A stretch of 64,000 nt of DNA from a virus (lineage: Duplodnaviria; Heunggongvirae; Uroviricota; Caudoviricetes). A model generated the notes under the pieces. It did not search any database, was not told the DNA's origin, and worked only from the letters and a program-made list of their open reading frames with translations. Positions 42,628-51,830 of the stretch are shown piece by piece. The stretch is taken from the IMG/VR virus record IMGVR_UViG_2851938318_000001. One strand, given 5' to 3'. Position numbers and translations under genes: made by a program. How positions within the stretch are numbered: the first letter of the stretch is position 1; each line of letters starts with the position of its first letter.

Positions 42628-42691
42628 TAAGTAATTACTTACTTATTATAATAGCCAAATAACATACAAAAGGCACTAAGGAAAGAGGTTT

Positions 42692-44251
42692 ATGACTGTT
42701 CGGATTGTATCTAACGCAGTAAATGCGCTTATTTCTGGCGCAGATGACAAGGTAAAGCAACTGGTGCAGCAAATGTTGAGCTACGAAGTCGAGACTGGCG
42801 ACTGGAAGGGCACAAGCACGATGTTCAACTGGAGTAAAAACTCGTTCCCTGCTGGCTTTGCCAAGCCTGTAGCAGCGAACTTGAACAAGGCGGGCATCAA
42901 ATGTGTTCATATCCGCAAAGACAAAGCCCCGGCGCTTGGTAAACCAAATCCGGCGGTTAACCCATTCCCATACAATCCTGATTATGCGTATCAGGATCAG
43001 ACTGTGGAAACACTGGTTCGAGAGGGAATGATGATTGCGCAGATCGCTACTGGTGGCGGGAAATCTAATGTTGCCTGCAAAGCAGCTGCACGTATCGGTC
43101 GAATGACATTATTTTTAACAACCCGCTCTGTTCTGATGTTTCAGATGGCCGAAAACTTCCAGAGATCCATCGACTACCGCGCCGAAAATGGCGAACCGTG
43201 GTTAAAAGACCAAAAGGTTGGAGTAATTGGCTCGGGTGAGTTCCAGGTATCACGACATATCAACGTCGCTACAGTTCAAACTCTTGCAAGTTTCCTTGAA
43301 GAACCACCACGCGATGCAACTCCAGATAAGAAAAGCTACCACCTCAAACGTCGGGAGTTGGTGAAACGCTTCCTTTCAAGTGTCTCTCTTCTTATTCTGG
43401 AAGAGGCGCATGAGTCTTCAGGCTCTAATTTCTATGACATTGCCAGATTATGTGCGAACGCAGACTATCGCCTGGCGCTTACGGCAACGCCGTTCATGAA
43501 GGATTCTACGGAAGCCAACATGCGTCTGATGGCTGTAGCCGGGCGAATTGAAATAAAAGTCACGGAAAAGTACCTGATTGATAGAGGAATTCTGGCAAAG
43601 CCATACTTCCTTTATCATAAAGTTGCCTACAAACCGGACGAGGTCAGAATCAAGGCAGAACTTGCTAACAAACACCTCAATTTTAGAGTAGGTATGAGCA
43701 CTGCCTACCAAAAGGCTTATCAGTTGGGGATCGTGTATAATTTGGGACGTAACGAGGCCATTGTGCGCGAAGCATTGCTCTATAAGCAACACTCTCTCAA
43801 CTGCATGACTCTGGTTCGTCTTAAACGCCACGGGCAAATCCTGATGGAGATGATGAAGGAGTCCGGTCTTAGAGTTGACTTCATCTATGGGGAATCGAAC
43901 CAGGCGACAAGGCAAGCAAAGCTGAACAGTTTAGCGTCTGGTGAAATAGATGTTTTAATAGGCTCGACTATTCTGGATGTCGGTGTTGATGTGCCAAGCG
44001 TTGGTGCGGTCATTCTTGCTGGTGGCGGGAAAGCAGAAGTTGAAATGAGACAACGTGTCGGTCGTGGCTTACGAGCCAAGAAGAATCAGGCAAACGTGTG
44101 TTTTATCACTGATTTCATTGACATTAGCAACAAATACCTGTTGTCTCACTCTTATGAGCGAAAACACATCATCGACACTACACCTGGCTTTGCAGAAGGT
44201 GTATTGCCAATTGATGGCACATTCGATTTTGGAGTTCTGAAACGAGATTAG
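42692..44251 (+). CDS. SF2 DEAD/DEAH-box family helicase
   Basis: 519 aa; motif I TGGGKS, motif II LEEAHE, motif III LTATP, motif VI QRVGRGLR; ATG preceded by AAGAGG. Confidence 0.75.
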   Translation: MTVRIVSNAVNALISGADDKVKQLVQQMLSYEVETGDWKGTSTMFNWSKNSFPAGFAKPVAANLNKAGIKCVHIRKDKAPALGKPNPAVNPFPYNPDYAYQDQTVETLVREGMMIAQIATGGGKSNVACKAAARIGRMTLFLTTRSVLMFQMAENFQRSIDYRAENGEPWLKDQKVGVIGSGEFQVSRHINVATVQTLASFLEEPPRDATPDKKSYHLKRRELVKRFLSSVSLLILEEAHESSGSNFYDIARLCANADYRLALTATPFMKDSTEANMRLMAVAGRIEIKVTEKYLIDRGILAKPYFLYHKVAYKPDEVRIKAELANKHLNFRVGMSTAYQKAYQLGIVYNLGRNEAIVREALLYKQHSLNCMTLVRLKRHGQILMEMMKESGLRVDFIYGESNQATRQAKLNSLASGEIDVLIGSTILDVGVDVPSVGAVILAGGGKAEVEMRQRVGRGLRAKKNQANVCFITDFIDISNKYLLSHSYERKHIIDTTPGFAEGVLPIDGTFDFGVLKRD

Positions 44252-44253
44252 TT

Positions 44254-44532
44254 ATGAGCGAAAAGAAAACAACTTATTGCCAAGTGGCATTGTCTGATAA
44301 AGCCAATGAAAAACTTGGAAAATTTCAAATAAAACTCAAAGAGAAAAAAATCAAGATGTCTAAGGCTGAAGTTATCAATGCCATTCTGGAGACGATGACT
44401 ATGGCTGAATTTGACAAAGTCACATCTGCCGTTGGGGTTTCCGCTAAGACGCGTGAGAAAATCATGCGCATCTATGAGAACTCCAATATGACAAAAAAAG
44501 ATCTAGAGGAAATACTGAGCAGGTTGCCGTAA
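44254..44532 (+). CDS. hypothetical small protein
   Basis: 92-aa Lys-rich ORF starting 3 nt after the helicase stop. Confidence 0.4.
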   Translation: MSEKKTTYCQVALSDKANEKLGKFQIKLKEKKIKMSKAEVINAILETMTMAEFDKVTSAVGVSAKTREKIMRIYENSNMTKKDLEEILSRLP

Positions 44533-44597
44533 CATTTCATATTTACCCCCTATCTACTAAATCTATGATGTGCTCACTTGTTAGAAAGGAGCACATC

Positions 44598-45164
44598 ATG
44601 AGTTGGTTAAAAGAATTATCATTTGTTGACACCACTGGCGCTAAGAAAAATCATTCTTTCTGGAAAGTCAGCGATCCTTCTGATTTTCTTGTTGGTGCTA
44701 ATGCTGCTTTTGAATTGCTTAACTTTTATCAACGTTATCCTGAAATGAAACACAGTCCACTCCTGTACAGAATAACAAACGATATGAATAGGTCTGGTTT
44801 ATTATCAAGTGAGTCAGCGAAAGGCTTTTTTAGCAAAATTACGCCTCACATATCATTCGATGCAGCAAACGAAATTGATTATCTATCCACAAAATCTCAA
44901 GAACAATTATCTGTGCCACCTGAGAAAAAAGAAAGACGAATTGCCAGCATTGAAAATATATCGAAAGAGCTTCGCACAACAACGTTGAGGCTGCTGAACT
45001 TTCTTACGCTACTTAATTGGATAGATGATCAAACATTGATTCCATCAACCGATGCGTTGGATAACAGAGTCCTTAGGCTGAACAAAAAATCGCAATTTGG
45101 TTTTGTGTTCACCAAAAAAGGTGAAGATTTAATCAAAAGAAAATATAGATTATTGAATGATTAA
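44598..45164 (+). CDS. hypothetical protein
   Basis: ATG 44598 preceded by AAAGGAG; AT-rich codon usage. Confidence 0.4.
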   Translation: MSWLKELSFVDTTGAKKNHSFWKVSDPSDFLVGANAAFELLNFYQRYPEMKHSPLLYRITNDMNRSGLLSSESAKGFFSKITPHISFDAANEIDYLSTKSQEQLSVPPEKKERRIASIENISKELRTTTLRLLNFLTLLNWIDDQTLIPSTDALDNRVLRLNKKSQFGFVFTKKGEDLIKRKYRLLND

Positions 45165-45549
45165 TAGTCTACATGCAGGTGTATGAGAGCACCTGCATGT
45201 GACATTCATCACATTTTTGAATGTATATACCTTCGGCTGAAAAAAGATCTTGATAGGCTGAATGATATTTGTAGGCTTCGCCTCCGAAGAAATTCGGAGG
45301 ATATATGCGACAATTTATAAAAACGTGTGACCTAAGAAATATAGTAGATGATATTGCATGTGATGAAATTAGCAAAAAAGAGAAGAACAAAAACGCCAAT
45401 TAACGCTATCTACCTATAAATCTGAAGAGTTCAATAGGATACATATCTGAAACACGCCCTCGACAATACCAAAAAGATTTGTCGAGGGCGTCGGGCTTTC
45501 CCTATGTCTGAACGATTAAATTTTACAGCAATTAAATATTTTGTATATG

Positions 45550-46350
45550 TTATTCTTCTGGTGGTACGACAAAATCGTCGAGCTTATTCTTTTCGTCCCG
45601 AAGCAACCTGATTTCTTCTTCTGTTATGCATTTGTCATAATCTGTTTGTTCAGAATGGCACAGCGCAACTGCGAATGGATAGCCGGTGTAAGACAGCCCT
45701 CTAACAGGTTCTAATTCACCGTTGTCTTTTTTCCTAAATTTGTAAAAGTCAGGAGTGTCATAATTGGTGACGCTAACAAGAGCATATTTATCATTTTCTC
45801 TTGCATACACTTCACTAACACCTCTCGATTCTCCCAACTCTCTACTCACATATGTCGAATCACTTGCAGCATCAAACACAGCCTGACCTAATGGAGTTTT
45901 TTTTAAATCATCTATTTTCTCTTTTTCTTTCCTGATTTTAGATTCGTTTTCCAGATAAAGTTTCACACCATTTTCTTTACATGCTAGATTTTGGCGTTCA
46001 AAACGTAATCGTTCACTTGCCGAGTTGGTACTTTTATCCATTGTAACGAATACAATCGGGTTACGTTCACGAACATCAAAGATGTGTGCATTGAATGCGG
46101 TCGCACCTGTATAGGCGTTCAAGACGTTTTTGCCATTCACCTCTCCACATACCATATATGAATAGCTATTTTCACCTAACTGAATAGCTCGCATATTCGT
46201 GAACCGACCAGCATCAGGATCTAGCAGTGTAGAGCGAATATCCTTTTCAACTAGATTTATGACTCGCTCTTCATCAGAATCACAACCTGTTAATAGTAAA
46301 GCCGCTATTAACAATGCTAATGAGTATTTTTTATTCACCCCATTCTTCAT
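45550..46350 (-). CDS. putative lipoprotein
   Basis: 266 aa; signal peptide with lipobox LTGC; shares a domain with the 160..573 lipoprotein. Confidence 0.5.
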   Translation of the reverse strand: MKNGVNKKYSLALLIAALLLTGCDSDEERVINLVEKDIRSTLLDPDAGRFTNMRAIQLGENSYSYMVCGEVNGKNVLNAYTGATAFNAHIFDVRERNPIVFVTMDKSTNSASERLRFERQNLACKENGVKLYLENESKIRKEKEKIDDLKKTPLGQAVFDAASDSTYVSRELGESRGVSEVYARENDKYALVSVTNYDTPDFYKFRKKDNGELEPVRGLSYTGYPFAVALCHSEQTDYDKCITEEEIRLLRDEKNKLDDFVVPPEE

Positions 46351-46452
46351 GAAACTTATTCCATAATCAATTTTTGGTGGAATGTACGGTTAGTCTGTCT
46401 ACGCATCATAGAGATGTATATAATGACCAAAAAAGACTTAAAAAGGTAGACT

Positions 46453-46974
46453 ATGGTTAAAGACATCACCTACGGCATACCGGCTGAAGTCTGGCCGCGA
46501 GACTACGAACATGCTGAAAACATACTTATGTTCTGGCGGAAGAACAACATTCCTGTAAGAGTCACGCTTGAAGACGGTCAGGTGTTTTGCATGTACGTTC
46601 AGGGGACAATGCCTTCCCGCAATAAGCTAGATTTATGCCCGCTTCCATATGATAAAGAAAATCGTATAAGACTCCCACTTGAGCGCATTAGCACAATTGA
46701 ATCAGGTGTAATCGATGGCATTGCTCGCGAGTTCAAAGGTAGGCTAACAATACATCCAGACTATGTTGACAATCAGCCATCACGCCGTGACTTTTTTGCG
46801 ATATGTCGCAAGGCTTATCAAAACGACCAATCTATAAGGGTCTACATGGCAGACGGTCGTGAAATAGAAGGGGTGTCAAGAGGCGTTGATGCTTGCCAGG
46901 TCACTCTTAAGTTAGAAGACGGCAGAAAAATACTTGTTTTCTTCGATTGGGTTGAACGAATCCTTCCTTTTTAA
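46453..46974 (+). CDS. hypothetical protein with an internally duplicated domain
   Basis: 173 aa; two similar halves (IPVRVTLEDGQVF / IRVYMADGREIEGV). Confidence 0.4.
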   Translation: MVKDITYGIPAEVWPRDYEHAENILMFWRKNNIPVRVTLEDGQVFCMYVQGTMPSRNKLDLCPLPYDKENRIRLPLERISTIESGVIDGIAREFKGRLTIHPDYVDNQPSRRDFFAICRKAYQNDQSIRVYMADGREIEGVSRGVDACQVTLKLEDGRKILVFFDWVERILPF

Positions 46975-47269
46975 ATCTATAAGGGTAATAACCGGCTAAG
47001 TCCGGTTATTATTTTACATGCCATTCATTTAAAACTCTTTCAATGCTACGCTGTATAAATATATAAGGTTAAAAGCCTGAATTGATTATTTATTTAGGGA
47101 ACACCTTCGACGATCTCGCTTTTATTTCTAGGACTTTCATCCCTGCAAAAAATTTAAAAAAAACACTTGCAATCTTTTTTCACGTATCGATAATTGAACT
47201 CGTCGAAAGCGAGCTAGCTAACGACAGTAAAAAATAAATTCATTTTAATTTTTCGTAAGGATGTCCATC

Positions 47270-47920
47270 ATGGCTAACATTATCATTTCTAAAAAATCCA
47301 TCATTGAAGCTGCTTCCATTGTATCCGATGAACTGCGCGAAAAAGCAGATCTGGCAACTCAAACATATAACGAACATTATAAAAATGGTACGCACACTAA
47401 AGCAGACAAAGCAAATATGCAAGCTGCGACCACTAAACTTGCTTACTTCATCAACAACGTTGTAAACGCTGTTGAAGACGAAAAATTATGCTCTGTTTTC
47501 TACTATGCAATTAAAGCAAGCAAACAAGCGCCAGAAGTATTTTTCCGTGATGCAATGACTAATAGTTATTCACTGGAAAAACTGGTTTATCTGGTTAAAT
47601 CCATTAAAGCTGGTAAATGTGTTTATTCCGTCGCTGATATGTCAGGATCTCGTGTATTCGCTTTAATCGATATGATTAACGACGAGATCGACACGTTCAC
47701 CAATGGCGCTGTTTTCGATTTAATGAATGAAGCTAAAAAAGCGTGTGAAATTAAATTGGACGCTGGATATACTCAAGCCAACCAGTTGATCAATCTTTGC
47801 GAACGTCTCGGACTTGTTGAAAAAGTCAAAGGAGCTGGGAGCGCCAAAGCTGGTACGCAGCAATATCGCTTCATTAAAAATGATTTCTACAATTATTTAG
47901 CTGATGCTTTCAAAGCGTAA
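47270..47920 (+). CDS. hypothetical protein
   Basis: Start placed at second ATG (47270), 9 nt after TAAGGA; hairpin gcgcccactttgggcgc follows the stop. Confidence 0.4.
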   Translation: MANIIISKKSIIEAASIVSDELREKADLATQTYNEHYKNGTHTKADKANMQAATTKLAYFINNVVNAVEDEKLCSVFYYAIKASKQAPEVFFRDAMTNSYSLEKLVYLVKSIKAGKCVYSVADMSGSRVFALIDMINDEIDTFTNGAVFDLMNEAKKACEIKLDAGYTQANQLINLCERLGLVEKVKGAGSAKAGTQQYRFIKNDFYNYLADAFKA

Positions 47921-47942
47921 TTAATGGAATCAAGCGCCCACT

Positions 47943-48173
47943 TTGGGCGCTTTAAAGGAGCTTTCAAAAATGGTCAGCTATGACAAGATCCGCGCGGAAT
48001 ATCGCGCAAAGTATCGCGCTTATAAACTGGAATTAATCGATGATTTGATCGCGCAACGCGACCAATTAAATTTTACGTTTTCTGATTTGCTTAACAGTAA
48101 ACGAGATTGTAAGCGTAAACGTGAATATTTACGTTTAAGCGCATTAATCGGAAAACTGCAAAATTCTATTTAA
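47943..48173 (+). CDS. hypothetical small basic protein
   Basis: 76-aa ORF, Arg/Lys-rich. Confidence 0.35.
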   Translation: MGALKELSKMVSYDKIRAEYRAKYRAYKLELIDDLIAQRDQLNFTFSDLLNSKRDCKRKREYLRLSALIGKLQNSI

Positions 48174-48193
48174 TTTTTTTAAGGAGCTTAATC

Positions 48194-48421
48194 ATGGTTA
48201 TTTTCATCTCTGGCGTAAATATCAATAATCATACTCTTGTTTATGATATTGCTGGTTTAGCTGGATATGCTCTAAGTTCTGAAGTGGTTGATGAAACAAC
48301 GTTTAAAATAAACATCAATGACGTAGAACATAGAGCGCGCGTAGGAATCAATGAAGCTGATGTTACTTTAATGCTTCAAGAATTTTTAAACGCTGGCTTT
48401 AATATTCACTTAGAAAAATAA
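48194..48421 (+). CDS. hypothetical small protein
   Basis: 75-aa ORF followed by a strong terminator. Confidence 0.35.
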   Translation: MVIFISGVNINNHTLVYDIAGLAGYALSSEVVDETTFKININDVEHRARVGINEADVTLMLQEFLNAGFNIHLEK

Positions 48422-48428
48422 AAACAAT

Positions 48429-48453
48429 AGCGCCCACTATGGGCGCTTTTTTT
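48429..48453 (+). terminator. rho-independent terminator closing the plus-strand accessory genes
   Basis: Hairpin agcgcccactatgggcgct followed by a T7 run; a second hairpin cgcgccaatgatggcgcg plus T-run lies at about 48476..48500. Confidence 0.6.
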
Positions 48454-48736
48454 CGTTTCCAATACTCCCACCATAACGCGCCAATGATGGCGCGTTTTTT
48501 ATTGTCTTTAACTCACTCCAACAACATAAAAATAAGCACCAAAATAACGCCATAGACGCGCTTTTATATCCTTGCCAGTACATACCCATTACTTAACACA
48601 TTAACGCGCTTAAAACGCGTTATAGCGCATAGTTAATCATTGGCTTTTAGTCTTGCTATGTAATCCGCGTTTAATTGTCGGCGCGGATCGGCATTTTGTG
48701 TTGTTCTGTATCCGCTCGCGTATTATGTGCGCGTGA

Positions 48737-49020
48737 TTTTTCACATAATCACACCACTTAATCACGTATGTGATTACGCTACGAAAGAAATCTGGATGTC
48801 TCAGGCGACGAAAGTCATCATAATTTTCCCCGCTCGCCTGTCCGACAACCGCTGGTTGGATTCCACCAGCTTCCCGATGTTTTTTCTACACAAAGGCGAA
48901 TGCAGCCGTTTCCCGAAAAAATCCTGGCCGTTCCCCGTCGGCTCATGAATACGTTCCTCGCCGTTTCTGAAAATTTCCCTGCGGCAGCTGGTGGCTATAG
49001 AGAAAGGGCCGTTTCTGGCC
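48737..49020. repeat. iteron-like direct repeat cluster 1 with a DnaA-box-like site
   Basis: GCCGTT(T)CC cores at 48905, 48927, 48960 and 49008 (22-, 33-, 48-bp steps); TTTTTCACA at 48737..48745. Confidence 0.5.
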
Positions 49021-49030
49021 CTCTTCTCAG

Positions 49031-49513
49031 TTACACGCCATCAAGGATGTGGATGCGGTTGCTTGCGTATACATTCAGCATAAAGTTAGCGCAAAACAGT
49101 TTCCATGTGTCAACGCCAGCGGTATACGTAATATTTTTGCATTTAATTGCATTGTTGGCGATCCGCATCCCCTGCGATACTGCTTCATCGTCGGAAAATT
49201 TGAACGACGATTGAGTTTTAATCCAGACAGAAATCTGCGTAGCGAACTCAATCAGCTTGGACTGGCAGAATCGCCCGGAGCGCACCGGAAAGACGAACGT
49301 TCCGAATCCAGAATTTACCACATACGCTTTCTCAAATACCCGCGAGTAACGACGATTACCAATGATGTCACGTGCAATAATGCATTTTTCTTGTGCTGAC
49401 AGTTCTACCGTCTCATTGTCGCGCCATGCACCAAGTACTCGTTTTTCAATGTCAGAGAACGTTACAGCGATATTGCCATGTGCGGGTGCGTTTACAGTAG
49501 CGATAAAATTCAT
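49031..49513 (-). CDS. hypothetical protein (early small-gene array)
   Basis: 160-aa ORF; conserved AAACAA-N-TTGTTTTCTT element at 49535..49570 upstream. Confidence 0.45.
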   Translation of the reverse strand: MNFIATVNAPAHGNIAVTFSDIEKRVLGAWRDNETVELSAQEKCIIARDIIGNRRYSRVFEKAYVVNSGFGTFVFPVRSGRFCQSKLIEFATQISVWIKTQSSFKFSDDEAVSQGMRIANNAIKCKNITYTAGVDTWKLFCANFMLNVYASNRIHILDGV

Positions 49514-49717
49514 GATTAATTCCTTATCGTAAATAACAAATTGTTTTCTTGTTGTTGTTAATTATCGCTGTACGAATAAGGCGTCAAAGTTGAAAACTAC
49601 GGTAGCCGGACGGGAACAGGTGGGTTTGTCGGTTGCCTGGAGGTAAGAGGTTGGTGTTTTTAGCCTGCGGGAAACAAGATGGTCATTTAAGGCCACCAGC
49701 ATTGGTGGCCTTATTCT

Positions 49718-49999
49718 TTAGTGGAGTAGAGCGATGTCGATGGTATCCCCTGAATCATCCACACGGATCATCAGCATGGCGAAGGCGTTTAGTGGATAAC
49801 TGGCGTGCCATTCAGGGAAGCGGTCATCTCGCATGAAGTCAGCAATGTCGTAAACGCAGCCCTCAAAGTGGAAGAATCGCGTGCTTACCTGCTCGTCATA
49901 ATCCACATGATCCATTTCTTGCTGTTCTGTTTCCGGCAAGTCCAGCCATGATTCGAGGAATACATTTTGTGCTTTGGTGGTAATGGTGAAATCAGTCAT
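49718..49999 (-). CDS. hypothetical small protein (array member)
   Basis: Start at second Met (49999), 7 nt after AGGA; N-terminal 19 codons lie in a 57-bp repeat shared with 50482..50540. Confidence 0.45.
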   Translation of the reverse strand: MTDFTITTKAQNVFLESWLDLPETEQQEMDHVDYDEQVSTRFFHFEGCVYDIADFMRDDRFPEWHASYPLNAFAMLMIRVDDSGDTIDIALLH

Positions 50000-50191
50000 G
50001 AGCATATCCTAACTGCGTAAACATGTTGTTTTCTTGTTGGTGTAATTATCGCAGTGTAGATAAGGCATAAAAGAAGTTAATACAGGCTGAATACGCAAGA
50101 AAGGTTCTGGAAGTTGATAGCTAGGTTTCAAACTAACCTTCGGTTATTAAAAGTCATTTAAGGCCACCAGCGTTAACTGGTGGCCTATATC

Positions 50192-50455
50192 TCATTGCTT
50201 TCGATGTGCTGCAACGAACTCTTTCAACGTTTCTAGCGCATGATAAAGACCGACGATATTTGAGCCGTAGTCGATGCAAACAGGGGAAAGTGATGTCTTC
50301 CCGTCGTGCGATGAATATGCCGATGTGGTAGTTGCAGGGTAATCGTGGCGATAGCAAACCGCAGTTTTTGGGTGTCGCAGATACGCTATCCCTCTTTCAA
50401 GATCATAAATTGCGCGTCGCAGGTCATGCTCCTGCGCTCTGGTCAATTTTGCCAT
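50192..50455 (-). CDS. hypothetical small protein (array member)
   Basis: About 87 aa from Met 50455. Confidence 0.4.
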   Translation of the reverse strand: MAKLTRAQEHDLRRAIYDLERGIAYLRHPKTAVCYRHDYPATTTSAYSSHDGKTSLSPVCIDYGSNIVGLYHALETLKEFVAAHRKQ

Positions 50456-50469
50456 CGTAATACTCTCAC

Positions 50470-50730
50470 TTAATGCGGCAAAGCCAGCCATGATTCGAGG
50501 AATACATTTTGTGCTTTTGGGGTAATGGTGAAATCAGTCATCGTGCCCCCCATCTCCTGCAACTGTGCAACGGTGATATCTGGACACAGCCCGTCGATCC
50601 ACACCCACACGTCAATGATGCTGTCACCGGCTTCAAAATGGTGAAATGCGCGCTCAAGCTGCTGATTGTTATCCACAGGCTCATTTGCTAGCTGCGCCCA
50701 GATTTGCTGGACTTGAGTAATAGTTTTCAT
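50470..50730 (-). CDS. hypothetical small protein, apparently chimeric
   Basis: 86 aa; last 24 codons (TMTDFTITPKAQNVFLESWLALPH) are a copy of the N-terminus of the 49718..49999 product; SD AGAGGA upstream. Confidence 0.45.
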   Translation of the reverse strand: MKTITQVQQIWAQLANEPVDNNQQLERAFHHFEAGDSIIDVWVWIDGLCPDITVAQLQEMGGTMTDFTITPKAQNVFLESWLALPH

Positions 50731-50843
50731 CTGCTTTCCTCTTGTTTTCTTGTTGTTGTAATTATCGAAGTTTAGATAAGGCAGAAAATAAATTGTTATC
50801 GGGCATAAGAAAATGGCGCGGTTTACGCGCCATTCAAAGAGGA

Positions 50844-51239
50844 TTAAGCGAATACGCTTTCAGGGATTAAGGTGTCGGCAGGAATGCCAGAGGTAATGCG
50901 CAGGCCGTACTGACCAATCCAGGTGGTGCTGGTGTTCAGGCTGGAGGTGAATACGGAATTAACCATACTCATCATGGTTTCAAACACCTCTTCATCAACC
51001 TGGCGGAAGTAGTTCTCGATTTTCAGCAGCAGTGGGTCAGTTGCATCGAGAATGGACTGGTATTGAGTCGCGTACTCGCCGCCGGAGGCATCACCTTTAC
51101 GCACGATCGTACTGGCCTGGACTTCGGCACCAGTTTCGGTGTTGTACGTAACAACGGTGATTTTTGCCACATTCTTACCTTCGGCAGTTTCAGAGGCATA
51201 GTAAACATCAACTGTCAGTTTTTCGCGTTTAACGGTCAT
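50844..51239 (-). CDS. hypothetical protein
   Basis: 131-aa ORF; palindromic motif gtaggtatgtacttac at 51283..51298 upstream. Confidence 0.4.
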   Translation of the reverse strand: MTVKREKLTVDVYYASETAEGKNVAKITVVTYNTETGAEVQASTIVRKGDASGGEYATQYQSILDATDPLLLKIENYFRQVDEEVFETMMSMVNSVFTSSLNTSTTWIGQYGLRITSGIPADTLIPESVFA

Positions 51240-51365
51240 TTCACTCTCCGTAGTGTATTGGTTATTTTTCTATTTTATAGTCGTAGGTATGTACTTACAA
51301 TACAAAAAAGCCCCGTAAGGATGGCGGGGCTGTCGTACTGTCGACTAATTACCACTTGCACATTA

Positions 51366-51707
51366 TCAGGCTATTGCCATCACTGATGCTCTCTGAATTT
51401 CTTGCTGGGCCACGCGGTTAACTTCCATCAAAGCCAGTTCGAGCTGATGTTCCGGCCACATTCTTTGAAATGCCACCCAGCCTTTTCCACGCTGGCGGCG
51501 AACATTCATTACATAACGAGTAAAGGTGTTTTTATCGAAAGACACCGCGGTTTCACGGAACAGACGAATAGAGGTTCCATTGGCAACGATGTCCAGCAAA
51601 GTTAATTGAGCAACCAGTGCAGGCTTCTCTTTTCTCTTCTGGTCTTTGTCCAGACCAAGAACCAATGATTTTTTCATCACAACTCCGTAAACAACTTGTT
51701 TTCTCAA
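51366..51707 (-). CDS. hypothetical basic protein
   Basis: 113-aa ORF; conserved upstream element at about 51700..51720. Confidence 0.35.
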   Translation of the reverse strand: MRKQVVYGVVMKKSLVLGLDKDQKRKEKPALVAQLTLLDIVANGTSIRLFRETAVSFDKNTFTRYVMNVRRQRGKGWVAFQRMWPEHQLELALMEVNRVAQQEIQRASVMAIA

Positions 51708-51830
51708 TGGCGTAAATAATACCAGTAAGAAAACGGCTACAAAGCATATTGATCAGGTGCATGAGCGATATGCAGGTTCTTCCCTGCGGCTACAGATTAA
51801 GTTAAGCCAGCAATGCTGGCTTAGATTGGT

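Noticed and set aside
50000-50005. Upstream Met (50005) as the start of gene 49718..50005
   Set aside because: The SD-like AGGA lies only 1 nt from that ATG; the second ATG (49999) has proper spacing and aligns with the paralogous segment.
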